Assembly: GCA_965217865.1 (NCBI GenBank)
Contig: CBDCJO010000002.1
Span: 899,178-963,177 of the forward strand
Origin: Candidatus Latescibacterota bacterium
Lineage (GTDB): Bacteria; Latescibacterota; UBA2968; SICM01
DNA: 64,000 nucleotides
Reading direction: 5' to 3'
The translations under genes were made by a program, and so were the position numbers. Positions 8,826-17,149 of the stretch are shown piece by piece (position 1 is the stretch's first letter; every line of letters begins with the position of its first letter). A model generated the notes under the pieces. The model saw nothing but the letters and a program-made list of their open reading frames with translations. It ran no database searches and was not told where the DNA came from.

Positions 8826-9926
8826 ATGGTCATACCATTTGGCGATCTCAAGCGTCATTATTTTTCTATAAGAAAACAGGTAGAAAGAGCAGTCCGATCG
8901 GTCTTAGAATCGGGATGGTTTATTCTGGGTGAGAGATGCAAGGCTTTTGAAGATGCCTTCTCCACATATTGCGGTTGCAAATTTGGTGTTGGAGTTGGGT
9001 CGGGAACCGAAGCCCTTCACTTGGGGCTTGTGGCGTGTGGTGTTAGGCCGGGGGATGAGGTTATTACGGTGGCCAACACTTGTGTTCCTACCATATCAGC
9101 GATTTCTTCCGCGGGTGCCCGACCGGTTTTTGTAGATGTTCACCCTCAGAGTTACAACATGGATCCAACACAAATTAAACCTAAGATTACTTCCAAGACA
9201 CGGGCCATCTTGCCAGTACATCTCTATGGACAAGCCGCCGATTTAGACCCCATTCTTTCTATAGCCCGAGAAAGAAACCTGAAAATCGTCGAAGACTGTG
9301 CACAGGCACATGGCACTGAATACAAAGGTCAAAAAGTCGGATCGTTTGGAGATGTGGGATGTTTTAGCTTTTATCCCAGTAAGAACCTGGGTGCGTTTGG
9401 AGACGGTGGAATGGTCGTCACGAGTGCCCCCGAAATCGCAGAAAACCTTAAAATGCTCAGAAATTACGGACAGAGCCGTCGATACCATCACGACATCAAA
9501 GGTTATAATAGCCGTCTGGATGAGATTCAGGCTTCGATTCTCCATACGAAGTTATCATACTTGGATGGTTGGAACTCCCGGCGCAACGAGATAGCAGGCT
9601 TTTATCGAGAGCATGTTAATCATCCCGATATTATTCATCCCTGTGAGATGGGTTATGGAAGGCATAATTTCCACCTTTATGTGGTCCGGGTTCCTGAGAG
9701 GGACGGTTTAAAGATACGCTTAAAAGAAAAGGGGATTGGTACAGAGATTCATTTTCCGATACCCATTCATCACCAGAAGGCATACTCTGACCTGAATATT
9801 CCAGGGGATTCATTACCCGTGACTGAAAGATTTTGTGGCGAAATCCTCAGCTTACCGAATTATCCTGAGCTTAATGAAGAAGAGATAGGATATATCGCTC
9901 AAACGATCCAGGAAGAGGTAGGATAG
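8826..9926 (+). CDS. DegT/DnrJ/EryC1/StrS family sugar aminotransferase
   Basis: GSGTEALHL, VEDCAQAHG, and SFYPSKNLGAFGDGGMV containing the PLP lysine. Confidence 0.85.
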   Translation: MVIPFGDLKRHYFSIRKQVERAVRSVLESGWFILGERCKAFEDAFSTYCGCKFGVGVGSGTEALHLGLVACGVRPGDEVITVANTCVPTISAISSAGARPVFVDVHPQSYNMDPTQIKPKITSKTRAILPVHLYGQAADLDPILSIARERNLKIVEDCAQAHGTEYKGQKVGSFGDVGCFSFYPSKNLGAFGDGGMVVTSAPEIAENLKMLRNYGQSRRYHHDIKGYNSRLDEIQASILHTKLSYLDGWNSRRNEIAGFYREHVNHPDIIHPCEMGYGRHNFHLYVVRVPERDGLKIRLKEKGIGTEIHFPIPIHHQKAYSDLNIPGDSLPVTERFCGEILSLPNYPELNEEEIGYIAQTIQEEVG

Positions 9927-9929
9927 CTT

Positions 9930-10664
9930 TTGCATGTCGATGAATATAAACGGATGTATAATATTGAAGACACCTATTGGTGGTATCGGGGTCTTCATGA
10001 GTTTATCATTTCCACCCTTCTGAATTTTTTTCCTGACATAAAAAATAAACTCCTATTGGATGTGGGTTGTGGCACGGGGGGGCTTTTGGAAAATCTCAGA
10101 GATTTCTGTCCTAAGTCATTCGGGACTGAAATATCGCCGGAAGGACTTAAGTTTTGTGGCGTTAGAAATCTTTCGGGATTATTCAGGGGGTCCGCAACCA
10201 CGTTGGCTTTGAAGGATAATATAGGAGACGGTGTAATCTGCCTGGATGTTATCCAGCACAAGCGTATTCAAAGCGATATGGAGGCGCTAAGGGAATTTCA
10301 TCGAATTTTGAAACCCGGCGGGATTTTAATCCTAAATTTGCCGGCATTTTCTTTATTAAAAGGGGCTCACGATCTGGTGGTCCAAACTCGTGAACGGTAT
10401 ACCATGAATCTCATGAAACATCGTCTTGATTATATTGGATTTAAGATTCTCAAAATGACGTATAGGAATGCTATACTTTTTCCCTTAATCATGATAAAAC
10501 GTTTGCTGGACTCGTTGTCCAATGCCCCACCCAGGTCGGATCTAAAACCACTCCCACCATGGCTCAATCGTATTCTATTTAAATTGGTTTGTATGGAAAA
10601 TTTGGCACTAGCACATATCAATGTTCCATTTGGTTCTTCATTATTTTGTATAGCTCAGAAATAA
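9930..10664 (+). CDS. class I SAM-dependent methyltransferase
   Basis: LLDVGCGTGGLLENL (motif I) and LKPGGILILNLP. TTG start. Confidence 0.7.
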   Translation: MHVDEYKRMYNIEDTYWWYRGLHEFIISTLLNFFPDIKNKLLLDVGCGTGGLLENLRDFCPKSFGTEISPEGLKFCGVRNLSGLFRGSATTLALKDNIGDGVICLDVIQHKRIQSDMEALREFHRILKPGGILILNLPAFSLLKGAHDLVVQTRERYTMNLMKHRLDYIGFKILKMTYRNAILFPLIMIKRLLDSLSNAPPRSDLKPLPPWLNRILFKLVCMENLALAHINVPFGSSLFCIAQK

Positions 10665-10684
10665 TGTATCGAGGTTAGGTTTTC

Positions 10685-11893
10685 GTGCCAGGCGATGTTA
10701 AACAGGCCGTTATTCTCGCGGGAGGAAAGGGAACCCGCCTTGGCGGTTTGACACGCTATCGTCCAAAACCAATGATAGAAGTGGCAGGTAAGCCTTTTTT
10801 ATGCCATTTGCTCACCCTTCTCCGACAACGAGGAATCAAGGAAGTGTTGCTGCTGACAGGATTCCTCGGGGAGTCCATTCTTGATTATATTGGAAATGGG
10901 GAGAGGTGGGGCTTAAATGTGACATATTCACACACCCCGGTGGAAGATAAAACTGGACGTCGACTTGCGTCCGTTGTGGATCGGTTTGATGGAGAGTTTC
11001 TATTGATGTACGCAGATGTCTACTGGCCGCTTCCGCTTGAGAGGATGGCCAAAAGCTTTGATGAAAATCCTCAGGCTTTGGCCCTGGTGGCCGCCTACAC
11101 CAACCGAGAGAGGATTACCCGGAACAACCTGAGGGTGGACGAAGCCGATAACGTTCAGCTCTATGATAAAACCAGAAGAGGAGCTGGCCTGACCCACGTC
11201 GATTCGGGTTACCTGCTCTGCAGGCGTGAAATCGTGGATTATTTCCCGCCTGGGAATTTTTCTCTTGAAGAGGCCGTATATCCTAGATTGGTTCAGGATG
11301 GCCGGATGGCGGCATTTCCCACAGAACAGCGTCATTTCAGCATCGATACTCCTGAAAAGATCGAGAGCGCGGAGATATTCTTTGATTCGGGAAGGACGGT
11401 GTTCATCGATCGTGACGGAACGATCAACCGGTCAGCCGCCCGTTGGGATTATATCCGATCCTGGGAGGCATTCGAGTTTCTGGAAGGCGCGGTGGAGGGC
11501 ATCCGCACCTTGAAGAAGAAGGGATTCCGTGTCATCGTGGTGACCAATCAGGCGGGAATTGCCAGGGGCGAGATGAGCTTAGAACAGGTCGATGAAATTC
11601 ATGAAAAAATGAAAGAGGCTCTAAATCGCGCGGGAGCGCCGGTGGATGCCGTTTATACCTGTCCCCACGGCTGGGACGATGGTTGTTTTTGTCGCAAACC
11701 GAGTCCAGGCTTGCTCTACCGGGCGGCCAACGAACTGGCGTTTGACCTTAGCCATGCGGTCCTGATCGGGGACCAGCCAACCGATTTGGAGGCGGCTGAG
11801 CGTGCGGGTATCCCTGGGATCCAAGTGACTGAGGAGTATTCACTTCTTGATGTTTGTAAATCACAAATTAGCCCGTATGCGAATGACAGATAA
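10685..11893 (+). CDS. bifunctional sugar-1-phosphate nucleotidyltransferase (HddC-like) / D,D-heptose 1,7-bisphosphate phosphatase (GmhB-like) fusion
   Basis: N-terminus has AVILAGGKGTRLGGLTRYRPKPMIEVAGKPFL. C-terminus has the HAD motif VFIDRDGTINR, VVTNQAGIARG and the GmhB-type Cys cluster CPHGWDDGCFCRKPSPG. Confidence 0.7.
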   Translation: MPGDVKQAVILAGGKGTRLGGLTRYRPKPMIEVAGKPFLCHLLTLLRQRGIKEVLLLTGFLGESILDYIGNGERWGLNVTYSHTPVEDKTGRRLASVVDRFDGEFLLMYADVYWPLPLERMAKSFDENPQALALVAAYTNRERITRNNLRVDEADNVQLYDKTRRGAGLTHVDSGYLLCRREIVDYFPPGNFSLEEAVYPRLVQDGRMAAFPTEQRHFSIDTPEKIESAEIFFDSGRTVFIDRDGTINRSAARWDYIRSWEAFEFLEGAVEGIRTLKKKGFRVIVVTNQAGIARGEMSLEQVDEIHEKMKEALNRAGAPVDAVYTCPHGWDDGCFCRKPSPGLLYRAANELAFDLSHAVLIGDQPTDLEAAERAGIPGIQVTEEYSLLDVCKSQISPYANDR

Positions 11894-11899
11894 CGACAT

Positions 11900-12643
11900 A
11901 TGAGTTATAGTCAAAACGGTCATAAAACAATCCTGAGAAGGGTAGTCCGATGGGCAAACAAGCCCATTAAGACATTTTTTCCATCTACTTCCCAGAAAAC
12001 GGTTGCCTGTTTGCGGGTATGGCAAGCCAGTCTGGAACAGTTGAAAGCGAACAATTTCGGTTCCTGCCTTGGTGAGGAAAAGGCGACCTTTTTTCGAGGC
12101 CAGGTGGCAGAGGCGCTATCTGTACCGGGGGATATTATCGAATGCGGTGTATTTCAGGGCGGAAGCCTGATGATGATCGCAGACGCTTGCAGGCAGGCGA
12201 ATGTGCACAAGCGGATCTATGCATTGGACAGCTTTACCGGATTAAACCCGGACGAGTTCCAAGGTGATTTGCAGCGAGGCTTAGTAAAAACAGAGTTAGG
12301 CAATTTTCGCCATAACTCATTGACTTTAGTCAGGATTAAGGCGAGACGCTTAAGGCTACATCCTGACATTAGATTTGTGAAAGGCTATTTTAAAAATACA
12401 TTGAAAAGCCAACTAAATCGAACTCAATCAATCTGCTTTGCACATATCGATTGCGACCTGTACGATCCGGTTAGACTCTGTGCCGAACAGATTTATTCAA
12501 AGATGTCGCCCGGAGGAATCATGTTATTCGATGACCTTACGACAAGTTATAAAGGAGCGAGAGACGCATTCGAGGAGTTCACTTCTCGGGTCAATTATCG
12601 GAAGGTGACCCTCGAAGCCGGGATGGGAAGTATTATCATATAA
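11900..12643 (+). CDS. TylF/macrocin-O-methyltransferase-like class I SAM methyltransferase
   Basis: IIECGVFQGGSLMMIA, YALDSFTGL, HIDCDLYDP, GGIMLFDD. Confidence 0.65.
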   Translation: MSYSQNGHKTILRRVVRWANKPIKTFFPSTSQKTVACLRVWQASLEQLKANNFGSCLGEEKATFFRGQVAEALSVPGDIIECGVFQGGSLMMIADACRQANVHKRIYALDSFTGLNPDEFQGDLQRGLVKTELGNFRHNSLTLVRIKARRLRLHPDIRFVKGYFKNTLKSQLNRTQSICFAHIDCDLYDPVRLCAEQIYSKMSPGGIMLFDDLTTSYKGARDAFEEFTSRVNYRKVTLEAGMGSIII

Positions 12644-12689
12644 TTCACCGTTTATGGTGTAATTTCATGAAAGTATTTGGACTTGGATA

Positions 12690-12741
12690 CCCCTTCCTTT
12701 GGAAGGGGAGGAAAAGTTTAGCTTGCCGAAGGCAAGCTAAA
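12690..12741 (+). repeat. IS200 left-end hairpins
   Basis: ccccttcc-ttt-ggaagggg (12690..12708) and tttagcttgcc-gaa-ggcaagctaaa (12717..12741). Both are perfect stems. Confidence 0.85.
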
Positions 12742-12797
12742 AGGCTGTCTTATCGTGTGCAGACCACTGAGACACAAATCGACTCAGGAGGCATACG

Positions 12798-13244
12798 ATG
12801 GGACTCCGACGGACCAGTCACGCAGTCTATGATAGCCAGTATCCTCTGGTATGGGCACCGAAGTATCGGAAATGGATTCTGCGAGGTGACCTTCGAGAGT
12901 ATGTGGGCAAGCTGTTTCATCGGATAGCAGAGGATTTTGGTTTTGACATCCAAGAGATGGAAGTGGCCGAAGATCATGTGCATATTTTCTTGTCGTTTCC
13001 TCCCCGGTATTCGATTTCTAAGGTAGTGGGCATTTTGAAGAGTATTTCGGGCAGCGGGGTCTTCCGAGAACATCCAGAGGTGAAACGGGAGTTATGGGGT
13101 GGAGAATTCTGGGAAGATGGTTATTTTGCCCGCACCGTAGGCGACAAGGTGACTTCTGAAGTGATTGAGCAATATATTCGGTATCATCGTCAAGAGCAGA
13201 AAGGGCCCCTACAGTTGGATCTGTTTGGGGATGGGAGTGGTTAA
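12798..13244 (+). CDS. tnpA: IS200/IS605 family transposase TnpA (Y1 HUH)
   Basis: 148 aa. YPLVWAPKYRKWIL, HUH motif DHVHIFLSFPP, WEDGYFARTVG. An AGGAGG Shine-Dalgarno sequence lies 6 nt upstream. Confidence 0.9.
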   Translation: MGLRRTSHAVYDSQYPLVWAPKYRKWILRGDLREYVGKLFHRIAEDFGFDIQEMEVAEDHVHIFLSFPPRYSISKVVGILKSISGSGVFREHPEVKRELWGGEFWEDGYFARTVGDKVTSEVIEQYIRYHRQEQKGPLQLDLFGDGSG

Positions 13245-13246
13245 TG

Positions 13247-13265
13247 CCCCGCCCTTTGAGCGGGG
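13247..13265 (+). repeat. IS200 right-end hairpin
   Basis: ccccgc-cctttga-gcgggg immediately after the tnpA stop. The decayed copy carries the perfect version ccccgccc-aaa-gggcgggg. Confidence 0.75.
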
Positions 13266-13292
13266 TGGTTTACTTCTCCTTATAAGCCATCC

Positions 13293-14065
13293 ATGTTTTC
13301 AGAAATGCGAAAAAAGATTCGACGTTCCATGAGCCTTGCTGCTAGGGGTTATCAGGTTGCCGGGGCCAAAGTTTCGGTAACATATCCGCTGATAAATTTC
13401 AACTTACAAATTTTTTTCGAAGATGCCTTGGATTGGCAGCATAGACTATCACGAGCAGGGGCGAGTGTTCCTTTTGGAAATTATTATGAATTCGGCGTTT
13501 TCCGGGGGGATACGATTGTGACTTTTTACCGTGCGCTGGAAAGATTCCAAAAAAAAACCGGTCTGTGGGCGTAGGAATAAAAATGTATGCTTTTGACAGT
13601 TTTAAAGGTTTACCGGCGTCTGAGAATATCTATGACAAAACCCCATTTTGGGAGGCGGGTCAATACGCTTGTTCCGAAGAAGAATTTTTACACATTCTTA
13701 AATCGAAGAGTCTCGATACTCAAAATGTTGTTTGTGTCCCGGGGTTTTACGAAGAAAGCCTTACCCAGGAACTTGCGGACTCATTATCCGATGAACGCCC
13801 CAGTATTATCACCATGGACTGCGACCTGTACAGTTCGACCATTACGGTGCTTGAATGGTTAAGGCCATTATTAAGGCACGGGACTTTGTTTTATTTCGAC
13901 GATATATGGTCATTCAGCGGCCATCCCGATTTTGGAGAATTGCGTGCGATAAACGAGTTCAATCAGAAAGATCGGGGAAAAAGCGTTGAACATCATTTCG
14001 GCCTGGGCACAAAACGGATATGGATATATACCAATCCATTCGAATATATGAAGTACGGGAGATAA
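13293..14065 (+). pseudogene. TylF-like SAM methyltransferase split into two ORFs by a -1 frame change at an A9 tract (pseudogene, phase-variable gene or recoded gene)
   Basis: ORF 13293..13574 ends ...EFGVFRGDTIVTFYRALERFQKK. ORF 13565..14065 continues KMYAFDSFKGLP...MDCDLYSS...LFYFDDIW. Joined, they align colinearly with the 11900..12643 paralogue (ECGVFQGGS...YALDSFTGL...DCDLYDP...MLFDD). Confidence 0.6.
13549..13557 (+). repeat. A9 homopolymer at the frame junction
   Basis: The sequence ttcc-aaaaaaaaa-ccgg was counted directly. In the upstream frame the codons read caa aaa aaa acc, which is an A_AAA_AAA heptamer. Confidence 0.9.
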
Positions 14066-14081
14066 TTTCGGAGATTGCGGT

Positions 14082-15185
14082 ATGAGGGTACTGGTTACCG
14101 GGGGGTGTGGGTTCATCGGGTCCTGCCTGACTGATGAACTGGTCAGGCGTGGCCATAAGGTAACAGTGTTCGACCGGGAAGAACCTTCCCTGAATCGAAA
14201 CCAACACGCGGATTATCTGTGCGGAGATATCTGCGGCGACCTGGACGGATTACTGGAGCGGAGATTCGATATCGTTTTCCATTACGCCGCGGAAGTGGGA
14301 TCCGGCCTATCCATGGCCGAACCCCTTAAGTTTGTGCGCATAAACTCGTATGGAACGGCCAACCTGATGGAGGCCATCCGGCGTGAAGGGTCGGTCCGAA
14401 AGGTGATCGTCGCATCCAGTTCTACGGTGATGGGCGAATCGACATGTCGCTGTCCTGAGCACGGAATCGTCTATCCCGGGCTTCGGCCGGCGGATCAGGT
14501 TCAGAGAGGGGAATGGGAGCTGAAATGTCCGGATTGTGAAGGAACCGTGGATCCCGTAGCGATGTCGGAGGATCGTCCACTGCGACCGGCTTCGGTTTAC
14601 GGTATGACCAAGAAGGACCAGGAGGAGATGTGCCTGCTGCTCGGCCGGTCCTGGAAACTGCCGGTCGTGGCTTTTCGATTCTTTGCGGTATATGGACCCC
14701 GCCAATCCCTTCGTAATCCATACACAGGTGTTCTGGCGCTTTTTGCCACCCGCCTATTTTCGGGTCATCCGATCTTTCACTATGAGGACGGGGGTCAGCT
14801 CAAGGACTATATCTTCGTCGATGACATCGTACGTGCCAATATGATTGCGATGGAGACCGATGCCGCTGATGGTATGGTCTTCAATTTGGGGAGTGGGCAG
14901 CCGTACACCATCCGACAGGTCGCGGAAAAGCTGCGGGCCTTGATTAACCCGGAATTGGAAATTGTATGTACCGGGCAATATCGTGCCAGCGACAGTCGCC
15001 ACGGCTGGGCGGATATATCCCTGGCCCAAAAATGCCTGGGATGGGTGCCGGAGGTATGTTTTGCCGATGGTCTGAACGAACTCGTTGAGTGGCTCGGAAC
15101 CCTTCCTGACGAGGTTATTTCCGAAGCTGTTGAGAACTTTCAGGAAGCTGAGCGTTACGCAGAATCGTTGGGGATGGCGCTGTGA
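14082..15185 (+). CDS. extended SDR sugar epimerase/dehydratase with a Cys4 zinc-ribbon-like insertion
   Basis: VLVTGGCGFIGSCL and VYGMTK (YxxxK). An insertion of about 45 aa, CRCPEHG...ELKCPDCEG, lies between the Ser region and YxxxK. Confidence 0.75.
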   Translation: MRVLVTGGCGFIGSCLTDELVRRGHKVTVFDREEPSLNRNQHADYLCGDICGDLDGLLERRFDIVFHYAAEVGSGLSMAEPLKFVRINSYGTANLMEAIRREGSVRKVIVASSSTVMGESTCRCPEHGIVYPGLRPADQVQRGEWELKCPDCEGTVDPVAMSEDRPLRPASVYGMTKKDQEEMCLLLGRSWKLPVVAFRFFAVYGPRQSLRNPYTGVLALFATRLFSGHPIFHYEDGGQLKDYIFVDDIVRANMIAMETDAADGMVFNLGSGQPYTIRQVAEKLRALINPELEIVCTGQYRASDSRHGWADISLAQKCLGWVPEVCFADGLNELVEWLGTLPDEVISEAVENFQEAERYAESLGMAL

Positions 15186-16168
15186 TCATTTCTCAGACAC
15201 CTTTTCGGATCAGTTTCGTGGGCGGGGGAACCGATATCCCCAGTTTTTATAAAAATTGCGGGGGGGGTGCGGTGGTCAGCACCACGATCGACAAGTACAT
15301 CTATGTGACGGTTAAACCTCAAAATCGACTCTACGAGCATCGCTTTCGCATCGGATATTCAGTGACTGAAAACGTGGACTCTGTCGAAGAGATTAATAAT
15401 CCAATTGTCCGAGAGGCCCTCAAGCTCCTGGATATCGAAGATCCAATGGAGATTACGGTCCTGTCCGAGATTCCTGCGCGAACCGGGCTCGGATCTTCCA
15501 GTTCATTCGCCGTCGGCATTCTGAACGCACTCCATGCCTTCAAGGGAAAGGTCGCGACTCCTGAGCAGCTGGCAAGGGAGGCCTGTCAGATCGAGATCGA
15601 CCGCTTAAATCGGCCGATCGGAAAGCAGGATCACTATGCAGCGGCTTACGGAGGCCTTAATCGGATTCAATTTGATGCAGACGAGTTTGTCAGGGTCGAA
15701 CCCATTATTTGCAATCCCGAGAAGCGGGATGCTCTTTTTGCCCATCTGCTCCTTTTTTACACGGGCATTACTCGGGATGCGGACGATGTTCTGAAATCAC
15801 AACAATCCAATGCGAATCATAACCAAAAAAGATTGGGAAAGATGACCCAGCTCGTCGAACCCTTCGTCGCAGAATTACAATTTCCCGATGGAGAACTATC
15901 CCGGCTGGGGAAGTTGCTGCATCAGGGATGGAAATATAAACAATCTCTTGCACAGTCCATTACATCCCCTGAAATCGATGATTACTATGAAACAGCGATG
16001 TCATCGGGATCGACCGGCGGGAAGCTTCTGGGTGCGGGAAGCGGGGGCTTCCTATTGCTCTTCGCGGAACCCTCTCAACAGGAATCTGTTCGAAGGGCAC
16101 TCGGTGAACTTATGGAGCTGCCGATCGAATACGAACCTTATGGCAGCCGAATTGTTTTCGTGAGATAA
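15182..16168 (+). CDS. hddA: GHMP-family sugar kinase, D-glycero-alpha-D-manno-heptose 7-phosphate kinase-like
   Basis: TPFRISFVGGGTDIPSFY at the N-terminus, GHMP motif PARTGLGSSSSFAVG, and GAGSGGFLLLF at the C-terminus. Confidence 0.65.
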   Translation: MIISQTPFRISFVGGGTDIPSFYKNCGGGAVVSTTIDKYIYVTVKPQNRLYEHRFRIGYSVTENVDSVEEINNPIVREALKLLDIEDPMEITVLSEIPARTGLGSSSSFAVGILNALHAFKGKVATPEQLAREACQIEIDRLNRPIGKQDHYAAAYGGLNRIQFDADEFVRVEPIICNPEKRDALFAHLLLFYTGITRDADDVLKSQQSNANHNQKRLGKMTQLVEPFVAELQFPDGELSRLGKLLHQGWKYKQSLAQSITSPEIDDYYETAMSSGSTGGKLLGAGSGGFLLLFAEPSQQESVRRALGELMELPIEYEPYGSRIVFVR

Positions 16169-16170
16169 CC

Positions 16171-17139
16171 GTGCACTCTCTGAAGGGCAAAAAAGTTCTC
16201 GTCACCGGCGGTGCAGGAAACATCGGATCCTATATTATCGATGCTCTGAAGGCAGAGGATCCGGAACAAATCGTTTGTGTTGACAACATGTTTAATGGCA
16301 GGATGGACCATGTCGCCCAACATATAGACCAATCCTATTTCAAGTTTTATAACGTGGATGTAGCCGATTATTCGAGCCTTGCATACGTGTTCCGAACACA
16401 TCTTCCCGATCATATTTTTCATCAGGCCTCGATGCTGATTCAGGACAGCGAGACACTCCCCCATAAGGCCATTCAAACGAATATCGTCGGAACTTTTAAC
16501 ATCGTTCAGCTTGGGAATGAGTTCGAAATAAAAAAGATGTGTTATGCATCTTCGGCCTCGATATTCGGCCAGCCCAAATATCTGCCGGTTGATGAAGACC
16601 ACCCGGTTGCCTACAAACAAAACTATCTTTACGGGGCAACCAAAATCGCCAATGAAGCGATCGTGGGCACCCATGCCCGATTTGACTGGGTCGGACTCCG
16701 ATATTACAACGTGTTCAGCGAGAGGCAATCGACCTCGGCTTTCTACACACAGGTTATCAATTATCTCTACAATAATATTTCCAACGGAAAGCCTGTCGAA
16801 ATTCATAATGACGGATCACAAACCGTGGACTTGATTCATGCAGCGGACATTGCTGAAGCCAACATCGCATCCATGAAATCCGGGATTTCGGGCGAGTTAT
16901 TCAATGTCGGGACGGGTGTCCAGACCAGTGTGCTCGATCTCGCTGGGAATCTTATGAAAGTCATGGGGACGAATGTTGAGATAAAGTCCATTCCACATCA
17001 CGACTCCGATCGGCATGTCACCCTACGTCAAAGCAGTACCAAAAAGATCAGGGAAATGTTGGGATTTAATTCGAGGATAGGGTTAGAGGAAGGCCTGAAG
17101 CGTTTTGTTGAATACCGACAAAGCCGGGAAAAAGCCTAG
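16171..17139 (+). CDS. extended SDR, NAD-dependent sugar epimerase/dehydratase
   Basis: KVLVTGGAGNIGSYI and LYGATKIANE. GTG start 2 nt after the hddA-like stop. Confidence 0.75.
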   Translation: MHSLKGKKVLVTGGAGNIGSYIIDALKAEDPEQIVCVDNMFNGRMDHVAQHIDQSYFKFYNVDVADYSSLAYVFRTHLPDHIFHQASMLIQDSETLPHKAIQTNIVGTFNIVQLGNEFEIKKMCYASSASIFGQPKYLPVDEDHPVAYKQNYLYGATKIANEAIVGTHARFDWVGLRYYNVFSERQSTSAFYTQVINYLYNNISNGKPVEIHNDGSQTVDLIHAADIAEANIASMKSGISGELFNVGTGVQTSVLDLAGNLMKVMGTNVEIKSIPHHDSDRHVTLRQSSTKKIREMLGFNSRIGLEEGLKRFVEYRQSREKA

Positions 17140-17149
17140 GAGAAAGATA

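Larger units (their letters stand above)
12663..13275 (+). mobile_element. IS200/IS605-family insertion sequence (tnpA only)
   Basis: A Y1 transposase gene is flanked by subterminal hairpins. The boundaries come from where identity to the second, decayed copy at 28820..29058 begins and ends. Confidence 0.8.

Noticed and set aside
12667-12927. 86-aa ORF starting MKVFGLGYPFLWKGRKSLAC, and its look-alike at 28992..29186 (minus strand)
   Set aside because: The shared peptide is just a read-through of the IS200 left-end hairpins. The ORFs diverge as soon as the repeat ends, and one of them overlaps the tnpA start. They are useful only as a flag for the repeat.
16138-16806. 222-aa minus-strand ORF
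   Set aside because: It is antisense to the SDR gene at 16171..17139, which has clear GxxGxxG and YxxxK motifs.
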